Of a stretch of DNA of 64,000 nucleotides, positions 34,783 through 50,426 are shown piece by piece. Under the pieces are notes generated by a model, which was given only the letters and a program-made list of their open reading frames with translations, was not told where the DNA came from and ran no database searches. Position 1 is the first letter of the stretch. Each line of letters begins with the position of its first letter. Source of the DNA: an uncultured Bacteroidales bacterium (lineage in GTDB: Bacteria; Bacteroidota; Bacteroidia; Bacteroidales; Paludibacteraceae); NCBI GenBank assembly GCA_900320865.1, contig ONTT01000006.1:19285-83284 (forward strand), given 5' to 3'. The position numbers and the translations under genes were made by a program.

Positions 34783-35376
34783 TTGCTCTCGGATATCTGA
34801 ATACGAATCACCAATCGAATCTACGATCTCTCGCATAAACGCGCCGACCAACAGTTGGCGCGCTTTTTGTTTTCCGATACCGCGCTGCTGCATGTAGAAG
34901 AGGGCCGACTCGTCCAATTGACCGGTAGAAGCACCGTGCGTCGCTTGTACATCGTCCGCATAGATCTCCAACTGCGGTTGGGTACGCATCTCCGCATCCT
35001 CCGATAGCAAGAGGTTGCGATTCGTCTGATGCGCCTCCACTTGTTGCGCATCGGGAGCAATCTTCAAGTCGCCAATGAAATGTCCGCGAGCATGGTCATC
35101 CAACACGAACTTGATCAACTGATTCGAGGTGCCGCCTCCGACGGCATGCTTCACATGCGTCTCGGCGATCACCTTCTCCTCTCCATGTAAGTGCTCCAGA
35201 CCATATATCTCCGTTTTGCAACCTTCTTCCAATTGATTGACCGTGATGGAAAACGGCGCATTGATCACATGAATCTTCACATGCGAACCTGCTTCCTGGT
35301 CAATCTGAAGATCGACTGCTTCGTTAACGAAGACGCGCTCGAAGACCTCGCCCTTATGCAATACCATCGTATCCAT
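34750..35376 (-). CDS. sufD: Short SufD-like Fe-S assembly protein (only the conserved SufBD C-terminal half)
   Basis: [51 protein letters not shown] is the SufB/D core. 208 aa, versus my recollection of ~440 aa for typical SufD. Confidence 0.7.
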   Translation of the reverse strand: MDTMVLHKGEVFERVFVNEAVDLQIDQEAGSHVKIHVINAPFSITVNQLEEGCKTEIYGLEHLHGEEKVIAETHVKHAVGGGTSNQLIKFVLDDHARGHFIGDLKIAPDAQQVEAHQTNRNLLLSEDAEMRTQPQLEIYADDVQATHGASTGQLDESALFYMQQRGIGKQKARQLLVGAFMREIVDSIGDSYSDIREQLLNAIDGVIE

Positions 35377-36100
35377 GTTCTTCGAGTTCCAGCGCCAGTG
35401 TTTTATCTCCGGTCTTGATGATCTTCCCGTCGGCTAACACATGTACAAAATCAGGCACGATATAATCCAACAGACGTTGATAGTGGGTGATGACGATAGA
35501 GGCATTCTCGGGTGTCTTCAAACGATTAACACCTTCCGCTACGATACGCAGGGCATCGATATCCAAACCGCTGTCCGTCTCATCCAATATCGACAAACAG
35601 GGCTCTAACATCGCCATCTGGAAGATCTCGTTTTTCTTCTTCTCGCCTCCGGAGAAACCTTCGTTCACCGATCGGTTATTTAACTTATCCGGTAACTCCA
35701 GCAGTTTCTTCTTCTCGCGCATCAAGCCCAGAAACTCCTTCGCGGAAATAGGTTCTTTGCCCTCATATGCACGCTTCTCATTAAGCGCCGTGCGCATGAA
35801 ATTCGTCATACTCACGCCGGGGATCTCAACGGGATATTGGAAACTGAGGAACACACCCGCACGGGCACGCACCTCCGGCTCCATCGCCAACAGGTTCTCT
35901 CCGTGCAGAAGCACTTCTCCTGCCGTCACTTCATACGCCGGATTACCGGTCAAAACCGCCGATAAGGTCGACTTACCCGCACCATTCGGACCCATGATGG
36001 CATGTACCTCGCCTTCGTTTATAACGAGGTTAACCCCCTTCAATATCTCTTTCCCCCCTATTGAGGCATGTAGATTTTTTATTTCAAGCAGTCTTTTCAT
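35354..36100 (-). CDS. sufC: Fe-S cluster assembly ATPase SufC
   Basis: [18 protein letters not shown], Walker [13 protein letters not shown] signature FSGGEKK, Walker [13 protein letters not shown]. An alternative ATG at 36121 adds 7 aa. Confidence 0.92.
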   Translation of the reverse strand: MKRLLEIKNLHASIGGKEILKGVNLVINEGEVHAIMGPNGAGKSTLSAVLTGNPAYEVTAGEVLLHGENLLAMEPEVRARAGVFLSFQYPVEIPGVSMTNFMRTALNEKRAYEGKEPISAKEFLGLMREKKKLLELPDKLNNRSVNEGFSGGEKKKNEIFQMAMLEPCLSILDETDSGLDIDALRIVAEGVNRLKTPENASIVITHYQRLLDYIVPDFVHVLADGKIIKTGDKTLALELEEHGYDGIA

Positions 36101-36120
36101 TCCTTTTCTCGCAGAGAACA

Positions 36121-37557
36121 TTAGAAATTATACTTGGTCATCAATTGCACACGATGGTTTGTAACCCAGTGAAGGTCTTGCTGTGCTATTCCGCGCAGGT
36201 CCAATGTACCTCCCTTGCCGTATTGCACCGAGGTTACCTCATACTCCAGTCCGACTTGGAACTTGCCAACGGTATAAAGCAGCGTGGGTGACAGACGCCA
36301 CATACGGTTCATATTACTCGGACGCGGCGTGAAAATATTATCCGGCTTGCCATCACTGTTGCCATCGTACAAATCCTCTTTTGTCCCAAGGTTTTGGATA
36401 TATCCGGCGAACAGAATACCTTGCAGTTTTTGCGGATGTTTCTCCTCTTGTTTGCCTACCTTGCCTCCATAGACCATACTAATCCATGACGAAGAATTAC
36501 GCAGCGGAGTATATTCCCACGAGCCATCGGCATTTTTGGCCTTCACACCATAACCGCTATTGAGGTTCATATGCTCACCTGCCTCTGCAAAGATAGTCTT
36601 TGCCTTGATGGAAAACTCGCCTTTTTTATATTGCAGGTATAGGAAGGGGGAGGCTGTGGTCAGACGGTCTTTGACTGTAACCATTATCGTATCTCCGGGA
36701 GTCGGCACCGTTTTACCCAGATTGCGGGGTTTAATGCTCAGCACATCAGCTCCGACACGCATCAAGAAGCCCTTGTGATGCACGCTCAAACCCAAGTACG
36801 CTTCGGGCGTCTTACCATACAGCATATAGTCGGCCGACTGCGCATAAGGACCGGTGGACAAGTACTGCATTTGCCAGATACCCGCGGCCGTCAAAGTGAT
36901 ATATTTGCCCAAGCGCGCATCCATCTTCACCATCGGAGAACGGTTAAAGGGACCAAAAGGCGCACCGGAGGCAAGAGATATGACATCGCATAAATCAGCT
37001 GCCATCGGGTGCCATGCCTGACCCAGTGTCAGATCAACGCGGGCATAGTCTTTACCACCTAACATCGGTAGACTATCCCATCCTAAAGACACGTATGCCT
37101 GACGAAGTCGGAACTGCGCCACACCACTAACCGAGTGAGCTCCGGTGAAGGAGACGGGTGAACCCGATTTGGTACTCAATCCAGCATAGAAATCAGCCTC
37201 TATTTTTCCTGAGAACTCCGTTCCGCGCCACTTGTAACCCACGATATTCAGTCCGACACGGGTCGTAAGACTTAAGAAACGGAAAGTACTTACCGCATTG
37301 AGATCTTCGCGCAGTGCCGGGTCATCGGTATTCCAGACTTTGTCACGAGGCTGGTAGTTGTACAAATCGCCCGTTCCTGAGATGGACTCGCGGGAGTCAA
37401 AAGCAAAATAGTTACGAATAAATCCGTAGGGTTTGAAATGTTGCTTGAGGTGCGACTTTACCGCCTCTTTTTTCTGCTGCTTCGTCGCCGTCTCTTGCGC
37501 CATGACAGACGCAGAGAGCAGCGAGAAAAGCAAGCATATGGATACGATACGTTTCAT
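36121..37557 (-). CDS. Outer-membrane beta-barrel porin-like protein
   Basis: Signal peptide, alternating beta-strand pattern, terminal ...LMTKYNF. Starts 2 nt after the DASS transporter stop. Confidence 0.6.
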   Translation of the reverse strand: MKRIVSICLLFSLLSASVMAQETATKQQKKEAVKSHLKQHFKPYGFIRNYFAFDSRESISGTGDLYNYQPRDKVWNTDDPALREDLNAVSTFRFLSLTTRVGLNIVGYKWRGTEFSGKIEADFYAGLSTKSGSPVSFTGAHSVSGVAQFRLRQAYVSLGWDSLPMLGGKDYARVDLTLGQAWHPMAADLCDVISLASGAPFGPFNRSPMVKMDARLGKYITLTAAGIWQMQYLSTGPYAQSADYMLYGKTPEAYLGLSVHHKGFLMRVGADVLSIKPRNLGKTVPTPGDTIMVTVKDRLTTASPFLYLQYKKGEFSIKAKTIFAEAGEHMNLNSGYGVKAKNADGSWEYTPLRNSSSWISMVYGGKVGKQEEKHPQKLQGILFAGYIQNLGTKEDLYDGNSDGKPDNIFTPRPSNMNRMWRLSPTLLYTVGKFQVGLEYEVTSVQYGKGGTLDLRGIAQQDLHWVTNHRVQLMTKYNF

Positions 37558-37558
37558 A

Positions 37559-38971
37559 TTACTTGAATGGGAAAATCAACAACACGGCATAAGCCAGAGC
37601 TATACCTGTCAGACCGAGGATGAGTCCAACTTTCGCCATATCGTTGGTCTTGATCAAACCCGTTGAACAAGCGATGGCATTCGGCGGAGTGGAGATCGGC
37701 AGAAGCATAGCAAACGAGGTGGAAGCAGCAACGCAGACCAACAAAGTGGTCACACCGCCGAAAGCACCTAACTGCTCGCTCATAGCCGTTCCGACAACCG
37801 CCAAGATCGGAATAAGCAAGTTCGCTGCGGACGAGTGAGAGATAAAGTTGGAGAGTAACCATCCTAACAAACCGGAAATAATCAAAACGGCGATGACAGA
37901 CCAACTGCCGAACGGAATGGACTCCACCAACGCAGTTGCCAGACCAGTCTTGTGAAGAGCCGTTCCGATGGCGAAACCACCGGCCACCATCCACAGCACA
38001 TGCCAATCGATCTTTGAGAAATCGTCACGAGTAAACACGCCGGTCAATGCAAAGACCGCAAAAGGAATCAGCGCTACCACATTGGAATTCAGGTGAGTCA
38101 ACTCACCAGTCATCCACAGCAGGATGGTAGCAATAAATGTAATGGTTACAACCCAGAATTTCCAATCCATCTCGTGATGCTCATCGGGATTGATGACAAT
38201 CTTTACATCCTTTGCCTTGAAAGGGAAAAGGAACATCAGCAACCACCATGCAAAAAGAATCATGATAATCACTACCGGCACAAAACGAACCATCCATGCG
38301 CCGAAACCGATGTTAATATCCATAGAAGCCAACTGACCAATCGCAATCGCGTTCGGAGGAGTACCGATTGGCGTTCCCAGACCGCCAATATTCGCAGCAA
38401 TAGGAATCGACATAGCCAGGCTCACACGACCACCGCCATCTACCGGCAGCGTGCGAAGTACAGGAGCCAGGAAGGCCAGCATCATGGCTGCCGTTGCGGT
38501 ATTGGACATAAACATGGACATTACGCTAATTAGTGTCAAAAAACCTAACAACACCCATTTAGGGTTTGTTCCAAAAGGCTTCAACATAACCCGTGCCAAG
38601 ACCACATCCAGCCCCACTTTGCTCGCAGCGATAGCCAATACGAAACCACCTAAAAACAACATGATAACCGGGTCGGCAAAAGCTGCCATCAACTCCTTAT
38701 AGTTCACCAAAGAGCCCATATCCGGGTTGGTCAAACCTTTGTTGGAAACGGCGATTAGCAAAAATACAATCGCGGACACAGATGTCGCCCAGGCCGGGAT
38801 GATCTCAAACATCCACATTAGGGCTGCGTAACAGAAAATAGCAATCGTGCGCTGCTGCACTACCGTCAATCCATCTATGCCGAAGAAAGAAGCCGGCACG
38901 AACCACATGAATAGCACAACTGCAACTGTCAGCGGTGCTAAAATATATTTTTTAACGTCAAAATTTTTCAT
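37559..38971 (-). CDS. SLC13/DASS-family anion:sodium symporter
   Basis: Polytopic protein with duplicated hairpin motifs SNTATAAMM and STPPNAIA. Start set to ATG 38969-38971 (MKNFDVKKY); the track start lies inside a heptamer array. Confidence 0.75.
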   Translation of the reverse strand: MKNFDVKKYILAPLTVAVVLFMWFVPASFFGIDGLTVVQQRTIAIFCYAALMWMFEIIPAWATSVSAIVFLLIAVSNKGLTNPDMGSLVNYKELMAAFADPVIMLFLGGFVLAIAASKVGLDVVLARVMLKPFGTNPKWVLLGFLTLISVMSMFMSNTATAAMMLAFLAPVLRTLPVDGGGRVSLAMSIPIAANIGGLGTPIGTPPNAIAIGQLASMDINIGFGAWMVRFVPVVIIMILFAWWLLMFLFPFKAKDVKIVINPDEHHEMDWKFWVVTITFIATILLWMTGELTHLNSNVVALIPFAVFALTGVFTRDDFSKIDWHVLWMVAGGFAIGTALHKTGLATALVESIPFGSWSVIAVLIISGLLGWLLSNFISHSSAANLLIPILAVVGTAMSEQLGAFGGVTTLLVCVAASTSFAMLLPISTPPNAIACSTGLIKTNDMAKVGLILGLTGIALAYAVLLIFPFK

Positions 38972-39013
38972 CAATTGTAATTTTTCAATTATCAATTCTT
39001 AATTATCAATTTT
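38972..39013. repeat. Heptamer array (CAATTNT)x6 in the rpiB-DASS spacer
   Basis: CAATTGT AATTTTT CAATTAT CAATTCT TAATTAT CAATTTT; covers the rpiB stop. Confidence 0.85.
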
Positions 39014-39482
39014 CCAAAATCCATTCACCATTCTCAATCCGGTATTTATTGGGATTAGCCAAATGATGATTGCGACGCTCATATCGTTCGCCGCCGGCAT
39101 AAGCGGTGGTTACAAATGCATGAATAATATCCAATGCCTTGTCCGGAGCTACACTTCCTGCCGGCAAACAGAGTACGTTGGCATTGAAGAATCGACGTGC
39201 ATTCTCCGCCATGCGTGTCTCCCAGCAAACAACTGCGCGTACATGAGGGTGCGTGTTCGCGCACATGCTCATTCCGTTGCCTGTATAGCAAAAACCGATA
39301 CCAAAATCGCATTCGCCTTTCTCCACTGCGGTTGCCATCGGATGTGCAAAATCCGGAAAGTCGCAATTATCCATTGAGTTGCAGCCGAAATCAACTACCT
39401 TGGCGCCTTCACGCTCAAGAAACAGGTGAATCATCGATTTTAGACCAAAGCCTGCATGGTCACTTGCTAAAGCAATAGTCAT
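39006..39482 (-). CDS. rpiB: Ribose-5-phosphate isomerase B (RpiB/LacAB family)
   Basis: MTIALASDHAGFGLK, GIGFCYTGNGMSMCANT, VLCLPAG. An alternative ATG at 39500 adds 6 aa. Confidence 0.85.
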   Translation of the reverse strand: MTIALASDHAGFGLKSMIHLFLEREGAKVVDFGCNSMDNCDFPDFAHPMATAVEKGECDFGIGFCYTGNGMSMCANTHPHVRAVVCWETRMAENARRFFNANVLCLPAGSVAPDKALDIIHAFVTTAYAGGERYERRNHHLANPNKYRIENGEWILEN

Positions 39483-39544
39483 TTCGTTTAATGGTTTCAT
39501 AGATATATTGTTTTGATTGTTTGTCTATCTTGTCTTTCGGGCTG

Positions 39545-39552
39545 CAAAAGTA
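39545..39552 (-). promoter_or_regulatory. -7 box (TACTTTTG on the minus strand) for the rpiB cluster
   Basis: TAnnTTTG match 45-63 nt upstream of the two candidate rpiB starts. Confidence 0.55.
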
Positions 39553-39574
39553 CTGCTTTTTTCTGAATTACGCA

Positions 39575-39607
39575 AGAAAAAAAACAAAAAAAGCGTCCTA
39601 AGACGCC
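39575..39607 (-). terminator. Terminator of the PUL transcript (after GH81)
   Basis: On the minus strand: GGCGTC TTAG GACGCT followed by TTTTTTTGTTTTTTTT. Confidence 0.7.
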
Positions 39608-39636
39608 TTTTTCGCCGTTTCACGTACTTGGGAGCA

Positions 39637-42600
39637 CTATTGAAGGGTTCCGAATGCGTTGTAAATCGTGCCATCTGTCAAACGAATAAACAGTTGACCA
39701 TCCCGAATAAACTTGTAATTGGAGCCATCCTTATGACCGTCCGTCCACTCGATAGCCGTCTCTTCTTTTTCGCAAAGTGCCTCGCCATACACCTCCAGTT
39801 CCCACAAGGAAGAACCATAGCCTGTATTGCGTTTTTTACAGTAAATTCGAACGAACTGTGCTTCAACAGTCTGATTGCCCTTCCGGATATCAATCGGCTG
39901 CACACCGCCTTCTGCACCCGTGATAGACTTCGCTATCGTATACTGCTCGCCATCTTCACTCACTTCCACATCAAAATCCGTTGCATAAGCGGCTTCCCAA
40001 TAGAGTTTAACAGTGGTCAGTTGATAGCAATCGCCTAAATCCACCACAATCCATTCGTTGTCCTGATGACGGCTGGACCAACGGGAATTCTGGTCTCCGT
40101 CCACCGCCTTCACCGGTTTGGTTCCATCGTTCTCATATCCCGAAGCGGTAACCGACTTATTCAACGCCAGATTGACCTCATCGAAAGACTGTACATGCAC
40201 AAGGGCAGTATCTTCCTGCTCGAAGCAAGGGAAGATCAATTCGAAATCTCCGACCTGCGTCGCGCGGTAGGATGAGTTACATGTGTCCATCACCTCGCCG
40301 AACTGATTAAGAATCGACACGACGAACTGCTGCGTGGTACCCAGGGGCATCGTTACTTCCTTCGGCTCTACCTTCGCATTCGCCACTTGCTCCGCTTCCA
40401 GCACTACAAATGTCAACGAAGCGGAACAACCGTCTATCGTACGTGTCTCTGTAAACAGGCCATAGTGCGAATAACTCAGCGTCTCGTTCTTCACAGAGAG
40501 TACCTTACCTGCACAGTCATAAGCCGTGATCGTTAAGGTCGTTGTTTGCCCAGGAAAAAGCACCGAATCCGTTGCCGAAAGTGCAATCGCAAACACACTC
40601 GTCGACTCGCAACTCAGCGGACGACCATAGGCTTCCAACTCATAGAGCGAAGTGCCGTATTGCGTAGCCCGCTCTACTCCGGTCAAACGAATATACCTTC
40701 CTCTGGAAGGATTAGAGATTGTAGATTGGAGATTTGAGATTTGGATTTTCTCCACGCCTCCGGCGGAAGAGAGGACGGCGGTGCGCCATGTACTGTTATC
40801 ATCGCTCAGCGCCAACTCGTATTGCGATGCATAAGCGGCCTCCCAACGCAAAATAATATGATCTATATAGCACATTTGTCCAAGGTCAACGACGACAAAC
40901 TCATTATCTTTATGCACCGACCCCCATCGTGTTTTCACATCGCCGTCTGTCAGGTTTTTTGCCAAACAGCCGGCGTTCTCTTCCGAAGAAGCCGTTACCG
41001 GTTTATGCAGCGCTAAGTTCGGATACGGTAAATCCCATGCCATCGGATCGGGTGTTATTTCTTCCTTCTCGTCCTCGATCGTCGTAATCGTCCGCTTCTG
41101 ATTGCCACAGATAAGCGTCAGTCCATGCGGCACCGTAACCGTCGTATCAACAGCCCCGAAGAAATGAACCGATAGCGGCGCAACCCCTACGTGATAAACG
41201 GCATACGTAGTACGCCCGCTGACCGTATCCGTGTAAGCACAAGCCATCGGATGGTTAGAATATATATCGTATCGTTTCTCGCCCAACGCCTTGTGGGAAT
41301 GCGCCAACCAATAGGTGATACCTCCCGTATCGGCATTCTTTGCTAACGCTTTGCCCATCTTATCCATTTTGTCCCAGACACGAACCGCCGAATCCGCATC
41401 GAAGAGGGAGAGGTAAGACAGACATACATTACCTAATCCCGACTCGTCACCCAGACCACCACTGGCGGCTTCGTAGTTTCCGACTTCCTTGCTCTTGTAC
41501 ATTTCGGTATAATCCCATTTGGTAAAGGGGATGTCTTCACAGAAATGATTGGTCAGGATAGGGGATATCGGCAGCCATTGTATCGAATGCATCCAAACAG
41601 GATCTCCGGAAAACCACGTCCACCAACCTACTCCTTGCATCGTCAAATTGCAGCAATAGGGATGTTTGTATTTTGTAAAATCGATGTTTCTGCGTTGGCG
41701 GTCGAACCAATACTCCGCCGTTGCACGGGTCTCAAGGGTATAGCCGAAGATTCCCGCCTCAAGCATCTCCGGATCCTGCAGCGCAGCGCCTAACATCCAG
41801 ATTCCACCCCAGGCCTGAATGGCCTCTGAACTCGATTCCTGTCCGTTGCCGTTTCCCTGATTTCCCAAACCGCCGGCAAAAGAGTGTCCGCAGTAGGGAT
41901 CTAAAGTCCTGAACCAGGGTTCATCTGCCGACCGCTGCCAGTTGGCATAGTCACGCGCCACCTCACGAGCCATCGGACCGTATTTATCGCGAAAATCCTC
42001 ATCCAGCATGCAGAGGATAGCCGAAGCATAAACGAAATAGCCATAATGGAAATGATGGTCGTTGAAGGTGTCGGAGTCATAGGATGGATCCATTCCGATT
42101 AGCGCTCCCCATCGCGGATAGCGAGCGAAGTAATACCGCTCTTCACCCGGTGTATAGGTGTACCAATCGATCAGCACCTCTTTCAGTCGCTGTTTAGCCA
42201 TGCGGAACGTAGCCGTATCGCCCATTTGCAACGCAAAAGTCATATAATGCGCCATCTGCGTCAGGCCTTTGCCGCCCCAATAGGTATCCCCTCCGAATGA
42301 ACCTTTCTTCGCATAATCGCTATTGAGTTCCGCCATCCGCGTAGCCGAGAATCCTTCCTTCCACTCTAACGGAGCAGGAAAGAAAGGTAAAAACGAATGT
42401 ACCGGATAGGTAAAAGTGAAGTCTTTGCCTTCGAAGATCCGCATTTGACCACGAGGCGTCTGATAAGTAGGTTGATAGATCGGCAAAACCGGTGTGCCAA
42501 AACCCTCTTCGCTGTAATAATGATGAGGAAGGAATCCCATTATCACCGACTTGTCCACATGGAAAGAGGTGGATAAAGTGGATTTATTCGCATCATAATG

Positions 42601-43323
42601 ATAGTCAATCCGTGTCGTACGCGGGATCTTAAAAGCGTACGGAGCAAAAGCCTCTTGATTCAATCCTTCTGTCAGCAAAGCGATACTTAACAAATCGCCC
42701 TGCGTGAATACAGCGTATTTGGTGGCATCGGGATTCGTGGTAGTCATCGTGATACCCGAGGCTTCTATCCAAACAATCGGAGAACCGTGCATACAGGTCA
42801 CACGCACCCATGCCTCACCGTCCTGCATGATAAACGACATCATAAAATCCGACCATGCATCAACAAGTGCCTCTTGGAAATTGGCTTTCTTGCCGGTCGC
42901 CGTATTCGTGAAAGTCACCAACAGCGGAGTATCCCATTTCATCTCGCATCCGGTGGGTTCCCAATATGTAGGATACCCTATCGTCAACTCTCCGTCTTTG
43001 GCCTCAGCCCAACCGGGATAAAACCAAATCTTACCGGTCCATTCGTTCACCAAGGCATGAGTCCACCAATCATTGGTCGGCAACGCCATTAATCCTTGTT
43101 TGGATCCATTGGCTGCCCCCAGACGCGCTAATAACGAGTCCGGCACATAAAGCCGGCGATGTTCCATCTGATAGGCTTGACATCCGCCATGCTCAGAGGT
43201 ATGACTCTTGGTTAAAGGGACAATGGAAGCGTACGAACCGCTGCCAACGGATATCGGCGTTTGGGCATGCAGAAACAAGCTAACCATGAAGGCAGCCAGA
43301 GTTAAATAGATAGATTTTTTCAT
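39637..43323 (-). CDS. Secreted GH81 endo-beta-1,3-glucanase with two F5/8 type C (CBM32-like) domains, Ig-like domains and a C-terminal tag
   Basis: GH81 motifs FNDHHFHYGYFVY and GQESSSEA; two discoidin modules (DGDVKTRWGS..., DGDQNSRWSS...); SPI-type signal peptide. Confidence 0.85.
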   Translation of the reverse strand: MKKSIYLTLAAFMVSLFLHAQTPISVGSGSYASIVPLTKSHTSEHGGCQAYQMEHRRLYVPDSLLARLGAANGSKQGLMALPTNDWWTHALVNEWTGKIWFYPGWAEAKDGELTIGYPTYWEPTGCEMKWDTPLLVTFTNTATGKKANFQEALVDAWSDFMMSFIMQDGEAWVRVTCMHGSPIVWIEASGITMTTTNPDATKYAVFTQGDLLSIALLTEGLNQEAFAPYAFKIPRTTRIDYHYDANKSTLSTSFHVDKSVIMGFLPHHYYSEEGFGTPVLPIYQPTYQTPRGQMRIFEGKDFTFTYPVHSFLPFFPAPLEWKEGFSATRMAELNSDYAKKGSFGGDTYWGGKGLTQMAHYMTFALQMGDTATFRMAKQRLKEVLIDWYTYTPGEERYYFARYPRWGALIGMDPSYDSDTFNDHHFHYGYFVYASAILCMLDEDFRDKYGPMAREVARDYANWQRSADEPWFRTLDPYCGHSFAGGLGNQGNGNGQESSSEAIQAWGGIWMLGAALQDPEMLEAGIFGYTLETRATAEYWFDRQRRNIDFTKYKHPYCCNLTMQGVGWWTWFSGDPVWMHSIQWLPISPILTNHFCEDIPFTKWDYTEMYKSKEVGNYEAASGGLGDESGLGNVCLSYLSLFDADSAVRVWDKMDKMGKALAKNADTGGITYWLAHSHKALGEKRYDIYSNHPMACAYTDTVSGRTTYAVYHVGVAPLSVHFFGAVDTTVTVPHGLTLICGNQKRTITTIEDEKEEITPDPMAWDLPYPNLALHKPVTASSEENAGCLAKNLTDGDVKTRWGSVHKDNEFVVVDLGQMCYIDHIILRWEAAYASQYELALSDDNSTWRTAVLSSAGGVEKIQISNLQSTISNPSRGRYIRLTGVERATQYGTSLYELEAYGRPLSCESTSVFAIALSATDSVLFPGQTTTLTITAYDCAGKVLSVKNETLSYSHYGLFTETRTIDGCSASLTFVVLEAEQVANAKVEPKEVTMPLGTTQQFVVSILNQFGEVMDTCNSSYRATQVGDFELIFPCFEQEDTALVHVQSFDEVNLALNKSVTASGYENDGTKPVKAVDGDQNSRWSSRHQDNEWIVVDLGDCYQLTTVKLYWEAAYATDFDVEVSEDGEQYTIAKSITGAEGGVQPIDIRKGNQTVEAQFVRIYCKKRNTGYGSSLWELEVYGEALCEKEETAIEWTDGHKDGSNYKFIRDGQLFIRLTDGTIYNAFGTLQ
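40710..40751. repeat. Heptamer array (GATTNNA)x6, 42 bp, inside the first CBM32 module of GH81
   Basis: GATTAGA GATTGTA GATTGGA GATTTGA GATTTGG ATTTTCT; encodes IQISNLQSTISNPS. Confidence 0.9.
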
Positions 43324-44917
43324 AAGTTCACGATAATGGTTTCGACACTATTGGCCGGCATGTTAATATTCGCTACGTACTCACCTATCTGGAGCGGGAA
43401 ATTTTTCTCAGCACCGGTGTTGAGCATATTGATGGCATACGAACCGTATTGCTTAGCCACGGCGCAGAGATGGAGTTCAGGATCCGGACACTCCGAAACA
43501 CCTAATACCACATCACCCGGTCGCATCGAGCGGCTAAACTGCTTTAGCACATAATAATAGGGAGTGAAATAGAGTTTCTCATTCTCATAATCAACCATCA
43601 ACATTGCACCGCAGTTATTATTCACATGCGTCGGGCCTCCAATCGAATCCAGCACGGCATTCCAATCGATGTAACCCGTCAGCCAGTGATTGAGACCGTC
43701 GATGATATAACTTGCATAACGGTGAACGACAGCATACTTGGGATGCCACTCCGGCCACCATGGCGTCGAATAAGCCCAATCGGTCGCATTCGGATTCCAC
43801 CAGAAGCTGTCGTTATCAAACCAGCAGCACTCTTTGTATCCTTCATAATCCGATACGCCGGGCCAACCCTCTCGACCCAAGTTATCCACACAGCCTTCGG
43901 TGTGAATCAAACGCTTGTCGGGATGTGCCGCATGAAGCGAATCCAGCACATCGGGGAAACAACTGATGGTCGATCCGTACCAGTGAAGGGCCGATCCATC
44001 CGTATAAGCGTTTGCCAAGGAATCGCTGAAAATGGCAGCTGTATAAGGGGCTGCCTCAAACGTATTCTGATCAAAGCCCAGTATCTTCACATTGCCAAAA
44101 CCGTTCTTCGCCATCTCCGGTCCGAGGTTGCGGCCTATCAGCGCAGTTTCCGCGGCAGGCGACAAGTGCATGGATTCCCATGAGCCGTCATTGCCCATCG
44201 GCTCGTTCTCCGGCGTGATAGCCCAGAATTCAATACCGGACTCGCGATACGCCTGCAAGTACTTCACATAATAGCGCGCGAAAGCATCGTAGTACTCCGG
44301 CAGCAAAGCACCGCCGTAACGATTCGATTTATCGAAAAATTGTTTGTTGTCTTTCATCCAGGCCGGTGCCGTCCATGGTGATGCCACCAGCCGCCATTCA
44401 TGATCTTTCTGGTTGGACTTGATAGTTGCTATCTCATGTAGGCATTGCCACATGTCATATTGCTCGTCCTTAATCTGGGGATACTCCTCCTTCGTAAAGC
44501 CATCTTTGTGCACATCCATACTGAAGTAATCCAAAGCTTTGTCCCCATCCACGTCGTCAAACGAATAATGACCTTTAAGAGCAAAATCCGAGGAGCCTAC
44601 TACTGTACGCGATGCAGAGAAATTAGCACCCTCTTCGCCATACATCTCTTCTAATGCCGCATGGCGTTGCTCGGGTGTCAGGCATGCCAACACGAACACC
44701 GACGACTCAGTAATCGAGTTACCAAAGCCGTCGATCTGCTGCCTACGGTCGTTGAGATCAACGCTAATTGCGCCGTCAACGGCACCTTTGTGGAAAAACA
44801 CCGCCTCTTTCTCGGCACACTTGTCTCCGGCTTCAGAGGTAAGCCACACGTGGGCAGAAGGCACTTTCGCCGTGCAGGCACTCAGCGCGCAGAGCGCGAA
44901 TAAAAAGATTGTATTTC

Positions 44918-44921
<4 letters not shown>
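43320..44921 (-). CDS. GH30 glycoside hydrolase (beta-1,6-glucanase / glucosylceramidase-like), lipoprotein
   Basis: IDGFGNSITESS, WAITPENEP (acid/base), LIHTEGC (nucleophile); lipobox LSACT. ATGA overlaps with both neighbouring genes. Confidence 0.8.
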
Positions 44922-49418
<4,497 letters not shown>

Positions 49419-49424
49419 AACTAT

Positions 49425-50396
49425 TTAACGTTTTTTATAAACGCGAATATAATCCACGTACATTTTAACAGGAGTGCCGTCTTCCGGCAGAGCAGTCACC
49501 TTGAGGAACGACGGGTCATCGCTCGGGATAACCTTCGGATATTTCTCGGCTGCAGGCATATCCGGGAAGAAACCGCCAACCGACAGGTTCAGCACCAGAT
49601 AAAACGGGTGGTTAAAATAATGTCCCGGTTCATTGACCTCTTTGCCGCGCAGCGATAACTGGAAATACGGCGCTACATCCGGATACTGATCCCGATCCAA
49701 ATACATCGCAATCGTATCTTCCGTCCATATCAACGTAAACAAATGAAAATCACCTTGAACCGGATATTCCGACGTGTTGAACTGTCCGTAATTGGGATAT
49801 GCCCCATTATTAAACGATTCACCCCAATGGCACGCACCGTTGAAATAACGATCCTGTATACCGAGTTCAATACCGGTATGATGCCCCATCTCGCAGATGT
49901 CAATCTCACCGCATTTCGGCCAAACGACTCTACCCTCTTTCGCCAATTCCGCCAACCTTTTATCCACGTCGTCGTTATCGCCTAAGTTGGTCGCAAGGTT
50001 ATTTCCTAACATCCAAAACGCCGGCCAAAGACCGTCTGCCGTGTACGGAAATGCTATACGGGCTTCCACCTTACCGTACTCCACGGTCACCTTGTCCTGC
50101 GTATTGAGACGTGCCGAAGTACAAGGCCGATTGCCATATTCCTCGCGTTGCGCATTCAGCACCAGACAGCTCTCGCCTGTCAGCGGATGACGTTCAATCG
50201 TCACGTTCTTCGGCGCATAGTATTGCAACTCTGCATTACCTCCGCCGCGCGCATTGTCCTCTACGTTCCAATACGCTTCGTTCAGGCTCTCGCCGTCAAA
50301 CTCATCGTTCCAAACAAGTTGCCACTCGCTCTTCGCGCAAGAGCTTAGACAAAAGACCACTACGCTCAAAGACAAAAGATAAAAGACTTTTTTCAT
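49425..50396 (-). CDS. GH16 endo-beta-1,3(4)-glucanase (laminarinase), lipoprotein
   Basis: WNDEFDG, NAELQYY, catalytic GEIDICEM, lipobox LSSCA. Confidence 0.9.
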   Translation of the reverse strand: MKKVFYLLSLSVVVFCLSSCAKSEWQLVWNDEFDGESLNEAYWNVEDNARGGGNAELQYYAPKNVTIERHPLTGESCLVLNAQREEYGNRPCTSARLNTQDKVTVEYGKVEARIAFPYTADGLWPAFWMLGNNLATNLGDNDDVDKRLAELAKEGRVVWPKCGEIDICEMGHHTGIELGIQDRYFNGACHWGESFNNGAYPNYGQFNTSEYPVQGDFHLFTLIWTEDTIAMYLDRDQYPDVAPYFQLSLRGKEVNEPGHYFNHPFYLVLNLSVGGFFPDMPAAEKYPKVIPSDDPSFLKVTALPEDGTPVKMYVDYIRVYKKR

Positions 50397-50426
50397 TGAT
50401 TTTCAGCTATTTAACATACATGTTAT

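Noticed and set aside
37554-38006. 150-aa minus-strand ORF overlapping the DASS transporter in another frame
   Set aside because: The alternative frame (37559..38971) gives a full-length polytopic transporter with SLC13 hairpin motifs. This ORF is Cys/Arg-rich noise.
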